From the NCBI GenBank assembly GCA_020137815.1, contig CM035351.1, positions 5,270,001-5,334,000 of the forward strand: a stretch of 64,000 nucleotides of DNA. The letters are read 5' to 3'. Source of the stretch: Hormiphora californensis (lineage: Eukaryota; Animalia; Ctenophora). The position numbers and the translations under genes are program-made. Below are positions 11,501-38,487 of this stretch, one piece after another (within the stretch, counting starts at the first letter, position 1; each line of letters starts with the position of its first letter). The notes beneath the pieces were generated by a model that searched no databases, had not been told where the DNA came from, and saw nothing but the letters and a program-made list of their open reading frames with translations.

Positions 11501-14500
11501 CCAAAGTACCAGTGTACAAATTTTCAGGGGTCTAGCTCAAAAACTGTAGGAGGAGTAGGGAGAAAACAATTATCGGACTAACATTTTGGAATTTATTATA
11601 TGGATTATTTTAGTTAGTCTAGCTATATATAACTTAAACCCACCTTTCATTTCAATCACTCTCTCCAAGTCCATCTTCATTTCCTCTGAGTAGTTTCTCT
11701 CTGCACCGTGTAATTCCTCCATCTGATTACAGGTCTCACTGAAGTCAGTGCTAGCAAACTCAAACAACTGCGATCTCTCCTGGTTCGTAAAATACCTAGA
11801 AGTGTGGGTTGGTAGGAGGCGAAAGTATTATTCATATTGGCCAGTATTTTGAAATCGGTGTTATAAATTCTGGAAACACAACCACGTAAAACATCATCTG
11901 AATTCAACTCGTGGACCACAAAAGTGATCATCACCACCTAATATAAAGCATTGATCTCTTACCGGATAGGATCGAATGAGTCTCCTGTAGCCTGTCGAGT
12001 AATCCCATCCTTGAAGACCTGTTTACGATATATCTTCTCCTCAATGGTTCCACAAGTTAGAAGCCGATACACAGTCACGTGTTTCGTCTGGCCAATCCTG
12101 TAGGCCCTGTCCACCGCCTGTGAGTCCGTGGCTGGGTTCCAATTTGGATCATCTGGGGAATTTTTCAGATTACCGGCGTTATTGAGTCGCCTGAAACTGT
12201 GTCTGCGTTACGCACAATAAAAAGTATGATAACTTATCGGAGAATTCTGTGTCCTAACAACAACTTACAAATAACAACTCTATTAGCAGAAGTTAGATTG
12301 AGACCCACGCCTCCCACTTGGGTAGTCAGTAGGAGCACTGAGAATTTGTGGTTTTTGTTGAAGGTGTCAATGATTGTTTGACGATCTGCAGGCTTGCTGA
12401 TTGACCCATCTATCCTCAAACACCTCAATCCCTGAAAAGAGAATGTAGGCTCATAATCTCAATTCTCAGCATGCTGACTAACTCTCACTATTATCCCGGT
12501 TCTAAAAATAACTGAATTACCCGGTCACCGATCATTCTTTCCAAATAGTTGAGAATTTTGAGGGAGGTCGAGAAGAAGAGAGTCCTGTGACCGTCATTGT
12601 GAAGCAACTCCAGGAGCCGAACAGCAAAGTTCAACTTACACCCCTCCGTCAGGAGCAAGTCGTCAGATGGGTCCGCTGGGAGACGAAGTGAGTCCAATAT
12701 CTTCTTATGTTCTTGTTGGCTGGTGGGAAGGGAAGGAGGTATAAACAAGGGGGGGGGAGTTTAGAATCAGGGGAGTTTAGAAACAGGGGAGTTTAGAAAC
12801 AGGGGAGTTTAGAAAGGGGGGAGTTTAGAAGCAGGGTAGTTTAGAAACAGGGGAGTTTAGAATCAGGGGAGTTTAGAAACAGGGGAGTTTAGAAGCAGGG
12901 GAGTTTAGAAACAGGGGAGTTTAGAAGCAGGGGAGTTTAGAATCAGGGGAGTTTAGAAACAGGGGAGTTTAGAAACAGGGGAGTTTAGAAGCAGGGGAGT
13001 TTAGAATCAGGGGAGTTTAGAAACAGGGGAGTTTAGAAACAGGGGAGTTTAGAATCAGGGGAGTTTAGAAACAGGGGAGTTTAGAATCAGGGGAGTTTAG
13101 AAACAGGGGAGTTTAGAAGCAGGGGAGTTTAGAATCAGGGGAGTTTAGAATCAGGGGAGTTTAGAAAGAGGGAAGTTTAGAAACAGGGGAGTTTAGAAAC
13201 AGGGGAGTTTAGAAGCAGGGGAGTTTAGAAGCAGGGGAGTTTAGAAAGGGGGGAGTTTAGAAGCAGGGTAGTTTAGAAACAGGGGAGTTTAGAATCAGGG
13301 GAGTTTAGAAACAGGGGAGTTTAGAAGCAGGGGAGTTTAGAAACAGGGGAGTTTAGAAGCAGGGGAGTTTAGAATCAGGGGAGTTTAGAAACAGGGGAGT
13401 TTAGAAACAGGGGAGTTTAGAATCAGGGGAGTTTAGAAACAGGGGAGTTTAGAAGCAGGGGAGTTTAGAAACAGGGGAGTTTAGAAGCAGGGGAGTTTAG
13501 AAACAGGGGAGTTTAGAAACAGGGGAGTTTAGAAGCAGGGGAGTTTAGAAACAGGGGAGTTTAGAAGCAGGGTAGTTTAGAAGCAGGGTAGTTTAGAAAC
13601 AGGGGAGTTTAGAAACAGGGGAGTTTAGAAGCAGGGGAGTTTAGAAGCAGGGGAGTTTAGAAACAGGGGAGTTTAGAAACAGGGGAGTTTAGAAACAGGG
13701 GAGTTTAGAAACAGGGGAGTTTAGAAGCAGGGGAGTTTACATATCAACTAAAAAACCAACTCACTTCATGTCCATGTTATCAGCATCCATGACCTCTCGT
13801 AATGCCTCAAACTTGATAGCCAGCCGTGGATGATCACATATCTTCTTAAGGACAGTTAGAGCAGCGAGGGGAGATTTAGTTTGATTCATGGCATCCCTCA
13901 CTGAGTCAAGTGTAAGGAAGGCACTGTAAAGACTATGCTGGACAGGGGACAACTTCAGCCACACGCACAATTCATTCTTCTTGCCTAACTTCTTCACCCC
14001 ACTTGATGTATCAACTTTACTGGCCTTTATCTCAGCCTTGGTCCTCCGGAGAAAGTACGAATGGATTACCTTCCGGAGACTCTCAGCCAACTTGGCACCC
14101 AGTTTTGCTTCAGCCCGAGAGGCATCTTTCTCCCGACCCCGCTCAATGGGTACAATATAGTTGCTCTTGAAGGTAGTCATGGTTCCCAGGAGTTGGCCTC
14201 TTGATACAAAATCAAAGAGGGCCCAGAGTTCCTTGAGATTGTTTTGGATGGGTGTACCCGAGATGAGCAGACGGTTTCGGCATGGTACCTGGCGGACAGC
14301 CTTGCTCGTTTTGGTCGGATTTTTAATCTTATGCCCCTCGTCCAGAACCAGATAGTCCCACTTGAAATTAGAGTTCATCAGAAACTCAAAGTTCTTCTCG
14401 ATAATCCCGTAGGTAGTAATCGCAACTCCACCTCGTTTCATGACCTTCTTCACATTACGTTCTCGTTCTGCTTTGGGCCCATGGAACAACTGTACTCGGA

Positions 14501-16559
14501 TGCCAGGAGCCCAAACTTTGAATTCCTCCTGCCAGTTATTTACTAACGACAGTGGCATCACCAACATTGCTGACTTGATCTCCTCCATATCGAACAGAGC
14601 GTTTAGGTAGACAATGGTCTGGATGGTTTTACCCAGGCCCATGTCATCACCAAGTATTCCCCCGTGTTCAGCCTGATACAAACTCCACATCCACTTCACA
14701 CCGTCCCGCTGATAAGGGTACAACTTATCATGTGTCTCATTGTCCAGGAAAAACCCTTCCCCCATATCCGTGAAGCATGCCTCCTGCTCAGCCTCTTTGT
14801 CCAAGAAGGCCTCGAGTTTCTTAATCCTTGCAAGAAGCTTTTCGTTTGAGTAGATAGCAGCAGCTTTTCTGAAACAATCCAGAGCTTTCTCAATCTTCTG
14901 TTGTTTGTGTGCTAATTTCCCCTTTGTGACCAACTCGTTGTAGGTGGTTTTCTCCTTGCTACTCAGATCACTGAGGGACTGAGCTGCTGCTGCTATTGGT
15001 GACTCATTTTCATTGTCAGCAGCAGAATCCCGCTCAAACTCCAACTGGGCAATCTTTTTCAGTAACTTGTCACTCGGGATCAACTGGTTGGCCTCTTTGT
15101 AAAGATCGATAGCCTCATCAAATAACAGCCTATCTTCTTTATCCTTCGCGTCTTGGATTGTCGCTTCATAAAACTCTCTCACATCCTCGTCCACTCCACC
15201 ATTCTCATCCTCCTGAGCCTCCTCGATCTTGTTCTTAACCTTCTCAATCCGCCTCTCTAACTTTTCAGAGTAGTTCATTTGTAGCGCTTCCTGGTAACAT
15301 TTGAGGGCAGCCTCCAACTGTCCATCATTCAGCTTCTCCCGACCATCCAGGATCAGATTATTGTATTTTTCAACATCCTGCTCTTTTTCCTCCTCTCCCT
15401 CTTCCTCTCCTTCTCCCTCCTCGGCAACTCCAACTTTCTCCTCTAGCTCCCTGATCTTTTTGACGTAGTAGGGGGTTGGTTTTCGGGCGTGTAACTCCCG
15501 ATAAACATCCAAACACTCCTGAATCTGTCCCTTCTTCTCAAGTTCAAGAGCCTCTTTCAGTAGCTCCTTACAGATTTCATCAATATCTGTCTCCACTACT
15601 GATTTGTTATGTTGGATGTCTTGTCGGGTCACATTTCCCACACTCTCTTCCTCCTCCTCTTCTTCCTCTTCTTGGATGTGTTTCTTGATCTTGTTGATCC
15701 TTGTGTTCAACTTGGAGGATGGGTTCATGGCATAGGCCTCTTCGTATAGTGCAAGTGCCTCCCGGTGCTCCTGCTCAGTAAGATGGGCCTTAGCACTAAG
15801 GATTAGTTTGTTATACTGCTCCACATCGAAACTGTAATCAGCTGTTTCATTAGCGATCCTGTTGCTTAGCTCTTCAATTTTCTGTTTTAACTTCTCGGAT
15901 GGATCCACCTCATATGCTGCCTTGTAAAGGGAGATGGCCTCCTGGATATCCCCCGAATCAACGCAGGAACGGGCGTTAATAACCAGCTCATTGTACTTCT
16001 CAGTGGCAACTTCACTCAGTTCGCTATCATTGGGCTTTGCTCTCACCCGCTCCTCCTCTTCAATCTGGTAGCGAATCTTTTGAATTCTGGTGGCTAACTT
16101 TCTGTCCTCATTCAGGTGAAATGCCTGTTGGTAGCACGCTAAAGCCTCGCGAAGTTTCCCCTGGTTTTTGTACAAATCACGTCCCTCCAGTAACAACTCG
16201 TTATACCGGGTGGAATCAAATGTTCGGTCTCCCTCTGCTAACCCAATAGTGTTGTTGAAGCTCATATCACTACTACTGACATTGTTCTGTCGGAGAAAAG
16301 CTGCAACAGGTGACAGGATAGCTGTTATGTCTGATTGAAGAGCTCTAACTTGGCTGTGGACAGGAGTACTAAAAACGGCAGGACGTTCATTGTTGTACAA
16401 TGTTTCAGCAAGGTCTTCAATTTTTTGTTCGATGTCAGATGAAGACCGTATCTTTAAGGCCTCACGGTAGAGAGAAATGGCTGATTCGATATCATTTTCA
16501 GCCTCCAGTTCTCTTGCTTCTTCGCACAAATTTTCAAACTCTTCTTCGTTATCTGACAT
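8560..16559 (-). CDS. ERCC6L: ERCC6L/PICH SNF2-family DNA translocase with expanded N-terminal TPR array
   Basis: [92 protein letters not shown]; C-terminal [24 protein letters not shown]. Approximate exons 16559-13764, 12719-12521, 12432-12272, 12151-11938, 11796-11635, 10220-10126, 9922-9089, 8982-8853, 8684-8560. Confidence 0.9.
8704..8822. repeat. ~32-bp intronic tandem repeat (GAGTAACCTAGGGAACCAGGAACTCTAAATTT) x~3.5
   Basis: Directly visible in the last ERCC6L intron. Confidence 0.85.
10404..10626. mobile_element. Palindromic MITE, CAG termini, 3-bp TSD TGA (Academ-like end signature)
   Basis: TIR CAGTGGTCATCCGACATA plus inner IR GACGTGAAATTCGACCTGAATCTCGACC; flanked TGA...TGA. Confidence 0.8.
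10636..10879. mobile_element. MITE, TAG termini, 3-bp TSD TCA (Academ-like end signature)
   Basis: TIR TAGTAGGAGCGGTTAGATC / GATCTAACCGCTCCTACTA; flanked TCA...TCA. Confidence 0.8.
10890..11570. mobile_element. Probable non-autonomous element (Helentron/DINE-like texture) in ERCC6L intron
   Basis: CpG-rich non-coding block with motifs ACCAAGTTTCAT and AAATTTTCAG..TCTAGCTCAAAAACTGTAGGAGG; ends not defined. Confidence 0.35.
12752..13739. repeat. 16-bp satellite (CAGGGGAGTTTAGAA[A/T/G]) x~60 filling the first ERCC6L intron
   Basis: Directly visible. Confidence 0.97.
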
Positions 16560-16633
16560 CGTCTAAATATGGATGTTAAGATTTGAAATATCGTAGAAAG
16601 ATAAAGATAGAACATGTCTAAGATAGGTGTGGT

Positions 16634-16771
16634 AAAAGCCCTGGTGAGTGGTGGCTGGTAGGGACGGCGCTAGGCGAGGTCAACGTCTCCCTGTTCCGGT
16701 CAAGGAGTGACACCCTCATAAGCAGGAGTGTACCGACGGGGTGTAGGGGTTGTCCCACGGCAATCAGGGCC
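16634..16771. ncRNA. Candidate structured RNA element between TBCK and ERCC6L (family unknown)
   Basis: GC-rich island with nested stems GCCCTG/CAGGGC, GGGAC/GTCCC and two inner hairpins; on the minus strand the closing stem is followed by TTTT. Confidence 0.35.
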
Positions 16772-17096
16772 CAAGGCTGCCATAGATGCTCAGTACGAAT
16801 TACGATCAATTTGTCAACGCTGGTAGCGCGGGATAAGACAGCGCTTTTCAAATTTTTAAAAAAGATTTCAAAAAATCGGCATTTTTTGAGCAACAACTGA
16901 GTTCACAGGCGCGCACTATTTTGAACACCAATGCGCGGCACATGTTTTGCGCGTGCATCCAGAACAGAAACTTTCCTTTAGAGTTTAGATTTGTGACCGG
17001 TCAAGAGGGGCATCTTAAAATACTTGTTTTATGAGAGCAAAAATAATTTCAACAACATCAACATTTAACAATCAATTAACACAAAACAAGAAAATC

Positions 17097-25438
<8,342 letters not shown>

Positions 25439-26368
25439 AATAAATGCAGCTTCCCTCGAGCTGAAACAGCTGATAGAGAGAGGGAAAATGTAGAGTTATT
25501 TGTGTGAGCGGTATTGAGCGGGGGATGTTTTGTTGCAGTAAAACAAGGTAGTTTTTTTGTCTGGATTCAACACGAAGATGAAAATAGAAACACATATCTG
25601 GAATATCACTCTTCTTTTTACTCAAGAGATCACATGGTCAGAAGAATCATAACGATCTCGTTTTGGGTTTCACTAACAAAGACACTTCTAGCGGGCACGT
25701 TAATGGCAAAGCAAGGATTCATCTCTTTTTACCTCGTTTTATCTCTCTCAATCTCGAATCGAGAGACTCTAGATCTCTCTCCCTCCCTCTCTCCCTCTCT
25801 CTCTTTTCTCTCTCTCAATCGTGATGCCATTAACATGCCCACTATTTCATAATGGCCTGCATTAAGTATCAAAAATAAACTATAACTTTCTTGTTTCTCT
25901 CACACATGACACACATTCTGTCCAAAAATCATGCATGATAGGATTTTTATGTGTGATTTGACTACACAGTGTATCAACAACAGTTACACTCATTTAGTTC
26001 CCCTCATTTCTCGCGTAATAACTGAGCTGTATGTATAATTCTAGTCAAACATTCTCACACACACACACACACGCACAAATGATAACTCAAAGATTTGTCA
26101 TTAAAAACACACATTATATCACACGAGATGTAATGTGAAGATCATATCAGCAGCAGATTGGCTGAATGTAACACACACACATACACAGAGTGATGAGATG
26201 TGGGTAATGATACAAAGTACACATTAAAATATTGATTTCCCTTTCTACAATTACAATTAACCATAACATACATCACAAACCATCCTATTATATGATCATC
26301 ACCCTCTCTATCATTCTACGACTATCTCGCTTCTCTCTCGCACTCCCTTTTGATGCCCTAATGTTCTG

Positions 26369-28276
26369 TCAGCCGAATGGATCGAAAGGATTGCTACTAG
26401 ATTGGTTGGTTGGCCGCTGTTGTTGCCCGAACATCATGTTAGCGTTAGTCTGTTGCTGGAAGTTCATGCCTCCCTGCATCATGCCACCTTGTTGCATGCC
26501 CATCATACCACCTCCCTGCATTCTGGGGTTCATACTCATAGAACCCATGGGGGCCATCCCCATACCGCCTCTGTTCCCCATCTGCATACCAGGGTTCATC
26601 GTCATTGATCCTCCCATCCCTCCCATTTGAGGTCCACCCATCCCCATCATCCCTGAGTTCATTCCTGAGTTCATTCCTCCCATCCCAACAGGCATGGTTC
26701 CACCTCCAGGCTGCATCATATTGGGGTACCCTCCTCCTCCTGCCCCAGGACCCCCGGGCCTCACGAACGGGTTGTAGGTAGCCCCGCTTGAAATGGGCCT
26801 AACTGGTCCCAATGCTGGACCACCCTTGCTCCCGGTACCTTGACTGATACTAAAGTTGGACGCAGCGCTCTTCAATCCCAAATCCAGGTCTTGCATAAGA
26901 GTCCGTACATTTTGGGCAGACTGGGGGGCACCTGGCTGAGCACCATTACTTGACAGACTCTCCGGCATCAGAAGGTCATTAGTGATCTCCTTCGATTCAA
27001 AAGTAGCAAAACCATTATCCGTGGGCTCTTGCATCAACAAATCAAAAGTGTTGATTGGGGCAGCCTGAGCTGGGGGCTGTTGGGTGGGCGGGAGTGTTGA
27101 AAACAGATTCGACTCTGTGCTGAAGACATTGAACGATTGCTCAGGTACCATTTGGTTATGAATCAATGGTTTTGGTTCGTCCCAAAGCCCTGTTAGCTCG
27201 TCCATGGTGCTCTTTGGTTGGGGTGGTCGGGGAGGAGGGGCTGCCGCTGTCGGTACAGGATCCGCCAGAAGATCTTGCTGAGGCTCGAAGGTGTCCCCGA
27301 ATGGAGATGTTGTTCCAAACGGATCGGAGCTGAACGGATCAGAGTTTGTTGCGGTGACGGGAGCTTTAGAGGGCCCAGCAGAGCTCCTCCCACTAACATC
27401 TGTTGTCGGGGAAGATATCGGCGTTCCCTTCTTACCCTCCATGCCATTCAAATGGTTTTCCAGTGCCGAGATGAGACTACAGGGAGCGTTGGACAAATCA
27501 GGAACCTCACCCTGATCAATTCCCGCATCTTCAGCGACCTTCAAAAACGCCTCAACTTTACCCATTCGGATGATAAATTTCTTGTAGAGCTCCAAACTTT
27601 CCCGGGCGTGTTTCTTCTCCAAATCGAAAAAGAGTTCCAACATGTTGATTATTCCCTCATTGTAGATCTTGAACAGAGCCACCAGATCCCTGAAGAGAAG
27701 AATAAACGCTGCCCGACTAATCTCCGTGATAATATCAGCGCCACTCAACTCCAAGTTCACGATCCCATCAACCTGTCGCTGAACTATCGGCAGGTTTGTC
27801 AAAAGCTTTTCTATCGATGCTTTACGGAGAAAGTTGGTGCTGCTGATCCTAACGAAGTCAGTGGTAGCCTGTCGATAGCAGTTACACTTTTCACTGATGT
27901 AGTGTCCGTATTTGTTGACAAAGGGTGACATCTCTCCGGAGAGGGGCCCGGTTTTCTCACTCACAAACTCGAAACTATTTCCTTTCGACGCCATGTACCT
28001 CATAAACTTCTCATTTCCCTCGTTCATCAAATGGTGAAGTGATATCATTGCTTTGATGCTCACAACCCAACTTGGATCTTGGACTCGGGCCAGAAACATG
28101 TCAGCACACTCGGGTAGGGACACGTTTGTCTCGTGGGTCGATGAAATGAGGTAATCGAGATGTTTCCTCTTTGGGGCACCCATTTCATGGGTAGTTGCCT
28201 TGCCGACAACTTTAGACACCTCATTACCGGAGATGGTGTACTTTGCCGCGTGTAGCCTGTCTACAACTGACGCCAT
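26369..28276 (-). CDS. PICALM: PICALM/AP180-family clathrin assembly protein (ANTH domain), intronless
   Basis: KATTHEMGAPKRKHLDYL, SWVV.IKA...HHLM.EGNEKF, LLFRDL..LF..YNEGIINMLE.FF, DL..AP.SL..ALE.HL; DPF/NPF motifs in the tail. Confidence 0.92.
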   Translation of the reverse strand: MASVVDRLHAAKYTISGNEVSKVVGKATTHEMGAPKRKHLDYLISSTHETNVSLPECADMFLARVQDPSWVVSIKAMISLHHLMNEGNEKFMRYMASKGNSFEFVSEKTGPLSGEMSPFVNKYGHYISEKCNCYRQATTDFVRISSTNFLRKASIEKLLTNLPIVQRQVDGIVNLELSGADIITEISRAAFILLFRDLVALFKIYNEGIINMLELFFDLEKKHARESLELYKKFIIRMGKVEAFLKVAEDAGIDQGEVPDLSNAPCSLISALENHLNGMEGKKGTPISSPTTDVSGRSSAGPSKAPVTATNSDPFSSDPFGTTSPFGDTFEPQQDLLADPVPTAAAPPPRPPQPKSTMDELTGLWDEPKPLIHNQMVPEQSFNVFSTESNLFSTLPPTQQPPAQAAPINTFDLLMQEPTDNGFATFESKEITNDLLMPESLSSNGAQPGAPQSAQNVRTLMQDLDLGLKSAASNFSISQGTGSKGGPALGPVRPISSGATYNPFVRPGGPGAGGGGYPNMMQPGGGTMPVGMGGMNSGMNSGMMGMGGPQMGGMGGSMTMNPGMQMGNRGGMGMAPMGSMSMNPRMQGGGMMGMQQGGMMQGGMNFQQQTNANMMFGQQQRPTNQSSSNPFDPFG

Positions 28277-28494
28277 TGAGCATACCCTGAGCTGAAACAG
28301 TGGATATGTTTGTTAAAAGGATAAAATATATAAATCTAAGCTGGGTATCTGTAAGGCAGGATATTACTTCAGGAGTTTACTTAGTTTTTTCCCTAGATTC
28401 TCGATAGTAGACGCCCTACTCAACGAATTTTTACGGTGGGCGGAGGTAATATCATTACTTGTCGTTAGTCGTATTTGAATAAAAATAGCGAGTT

Positions 28495-28660
28495 ATGGAG
28501 GCGAGACACTGTGTTGAGACGCGCACCATTGCGACGCGCATTTTGGCTTTGCGACACGCATGTGCGCGTCGCAATGCCAAAATGCGCGTCGCAAAGCCAA
28601 AATGCGCGTCGCAATGCGCGTCGCAATGGTGCGCGTCTCAACACAGTGTCTCGCCTCCAT
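28495..28660. mobile_element. Palindromic MITE-like element (~166 bp)
   Basis: Long IR ATGGAGGCGAGACACTGTGTTGAGACGCGCACCATTGCGACGCGCAT with internal GCGCGTCGCAA repeats; TSD unclear. Confidence 0.8.
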
Positions 28661-28743
28661 TTGGCAAACGCTGCTGGCAGGTAGTGCTTTTCAAGCGAGT
28701 TCTAATCGCTGAGAACTAGACCCGATTTACCGGGAGAGTAATG

Positions 28744-29045
28744 TCCATTTTTTTTCAACTGTTCACCCCCCAAAGTCGTGCGCGGAATTGTTTTGCGCGT
28801 TTATCACATGTTAACGTGTAGCGCGCGCAGCGTAAATTAAAATATCGCACGCGCACGAGTTGAGGGGTGAACAGTTGAATAAAAATGGACATTATACTCC
28901 ATTTTTTTTCAACTGTTCACCCCCCAAAGTCGTGTGCGGAATTGTTTTGCGCGTCTATCACATGTTAACGTATAGCGCGCGCCACGAAAATTCTAAATTT
29001 CACTGAAATTTCAATTTTGGGTGAACAGTTGAAAAAAAATGGACT
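28744..29045. mobile_element. Two tandem ~148-bp MITEs (TIR TCCATTTTTTTTCAACTGTTCACCC)
   Basis: Same family recurs inverted at 45571-45719 and truncated at 53768-53828. Confidence 0.85.
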
Positions 29046-30107
29046 TTAAACTTCGGAAATTTAACTTCCCCCGAAATATTTTGCCCATTTTCACTGAAAA
29101 TTTAAGATTTTCTTTCAGACTTCAGTGCTGCTGCTTAATTTGACTACGGCACTTCAGCTTCACTCGTCTCTAAATGAAAATGAAAATGAACTTCAATATT
29201 TATATTTGAGTCATATAAGTGACTCGTCCCGCTCTCACACTATAGACATATACAAATAAGTCATATATATATCCTACAAGGCTGAGAGGCTTAGAGCTTC
29301 AGCAGTTACCTAAAGCGGGCTTGCGACTGAGATGGACAGTAGGCACAGAAACAATGATCTAATAACTATATGGATAGAATGCAATGGGTAGATTTAACAG
29401 TAAAAATAAATAACTAAGTTAATTAATTATTAAGTTAGAAATAGTTTAATAAGTTAACTAACTATAACTTGCTCCTCACATTCACACACACACATGTCAC
29501 ACACACACACACACATGTCACACATACACACACGTCACACACACAACCGCACCAAAAACAACGCCTTCACACGTCACAAACATACAAACATTGTTAAGAT
29601 TAGTCGGTATAATATAATAATAATCTGCTACAGTGGATGATGGATCCAGGGACCAGGTCTGAGATAGAGGTCAACGCTTCTAAAAAGGTGTGGTTTTCGA
29701 TTGGCCTATGCTACAGGCCCTCAAAGAAGAGGAGCCGTGGAAAACGCGCGCACTTGGGGACTGCAGCACATGCCAAGGTTTTCGAAAACGTTAAAAAAAC
29801 TTTCTTTGCTTTTTTGGCGGCCCGGATCGCACCACGACACGCGCGCTTACTTCTTATTGCGCGTCATTATTCGCATCGATGATTGCGGTATCTGGCGCAT
29901 TACGGATACGTTAAATTTAAACACGTACTTAACAATAGCAAATTTAATTCATAATAAAACGGATACTTTGTTAATTCTACCATTTAAAAAAGTAAAAATA
30001 ATCTAAACGATAGGACTGTTAATAAACTGGGTCACGTTAAAGTTTAATAACTTATTCTAATAAATTAATTTGGCGTCAAACATTGAATTTGAATCAAAGT
30101 AGTAACC

Positions 30108-30931
30108 GGGGGGTGCGACATGTTAATTTTGTTAACTTTGTTAATATTAACATCGAGAAAACAGGTGATTTATTAACAAAATTAACAAAAAGTTAACAAA
30201 CGTTAACAAATGCCATTTATGCCATCTAAATCACCTTTAGCACGTGTTTTTGGTATTTAACACTTGTTATGCGAGCAAAGATGTTCCTTCTGCACGATTT
30301 ACACACCACCACTACCTCTACTACGGCTTTTTTACAGCGATTTGTTCCTCTGTGTAAATTTTAATAAAAACTAGCCAAACTAAACCGCAATTGAAGTCAA
30401 TTGACCCTAATCCACTTTTTTTAACCCTAAAAACTAAATAAGACTCATGAATTTACCATAAAACAAAAATATCCCAAAAATCAATTTTTCTAAAAAAAAC
30501 ACAAGGATTTGTAGCGAAGCAAATTTTCAATTTTTGACCAAAAATTGATTTTGGAAATATTTTGTTTCTTTTTCCGACAGAAACGTTGTACATCATCTTC
30601 TTTCGTTCAAAGAATCGATTATCAATGAAAAAATCACGTTAAAGTGAGATTTTATACGCTAAATTGAAATATTTGTAACTTTTGGATTTTTATCGATTTT
30701 GAGCCAAAAAACATGTATGTCGGACTTTGGTTATCGGAAGAGGCCTTGTTTGGGTATATATGTGTTAGAAAAGTCATTAAACTATAAAATTAAACCAGTT
30801 AAAGTCGTATTATCAACCAATAAGAACAGTCTTTGCTGATTTGTTAACTTTGTTAATTTTGTTAATTAACGTTAATTAACAAAATCGAAAAAAAGAGGTG
30901 ATTTATTAACAATTAACATGTCGTCCCCCCC
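30108..30931. mobile_element. 824-bp non-autonomous DNA transposon with 8-bp TSD (Merlin/hAT-like signature)
   Basis: TIR GGGGGGTGCGACATGTTAATT / AATTAACATGTCGTCCCCCCC; TSD TAGTAACC; subterminal TTGTTAA repeats. Confidence 0.85.
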
Positions 30932-30996
30932 TAGTAACCACACTAAGTCTCACTGCACAGTCATAGCTTAGTACTGAAGCAATTAATCCCTAATCC

Positions 30997-37870
<6,874 letters not shown>

Positions 37871-38487
37871 GTTCAACCCTGCCTTACATCCTGAAAGGGG
37901 TTACATTGGAATGTTGTACATCGAGACAAGGACTTTCCGAGTATTAAAGCAGGTTTGTAGTATTTACAGCTGTAGGGTACATTGCGTAATTAACCTATTA
38001 TACAGGAGGAGAAGAGTTCGCTTCTTATTGCCATAGCAACAAAAGAGCGAGTATGGGAGAGAAAGCACTGGAGAGATATAATGGAGAGAAAGAGAGGGAG
38101 ATAAAGAAAGGATGAAGAAGAGGTCTGGAAGGCAATTTAGAGAAAAAGAGCCCAATAAGTGTCGCTTACTTGGCTGGCTGATATACACACAAATACACAC
38201 ACTCTCACAGTACGCTATTTAAATAGTCTTGGGAAGAAAACAAGAGATACGTATCATCAGTTAAAATAAAATGTTAATTATGTACAGTGCATAATAATAA
38301 TACTCAAATATCAATATAGTGAATTCTCAAATGGCTCTCTATCTCTCTTTCTTTATTTTCCATCCCTCTCGCCCTAAATAATCACCAAGCGTACTTTAAT
38401 AATCAGTTTCTTTGCTTCCATGCGAATCAGTGTCCGTATATCTGACTGTTTACTTCTTCAATTCTAGTACCAACAGCTAGTCAGCCC

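Noticed and set aside
12752-13739. Interstitial telomeric repeat
   Set aside because: Unit is 16 bp and contains TTTAGAA, not TTAGGG.
16618-16896. 92-aa ORF, or assignment to telomerase RNA, 7SK, SRP, RNase P/MRP or U-snRNA
   Set aside because: Non-ATG start and no protein motif; lacks the CTAACCCT template, P4 consensus and SRP helix-8 motif; only short chance similarities.
27218-27928. 236-aa antisense ORF in PICALM
   Set aside because: Shadow ORF of the coding strand; no recognisable motifs.
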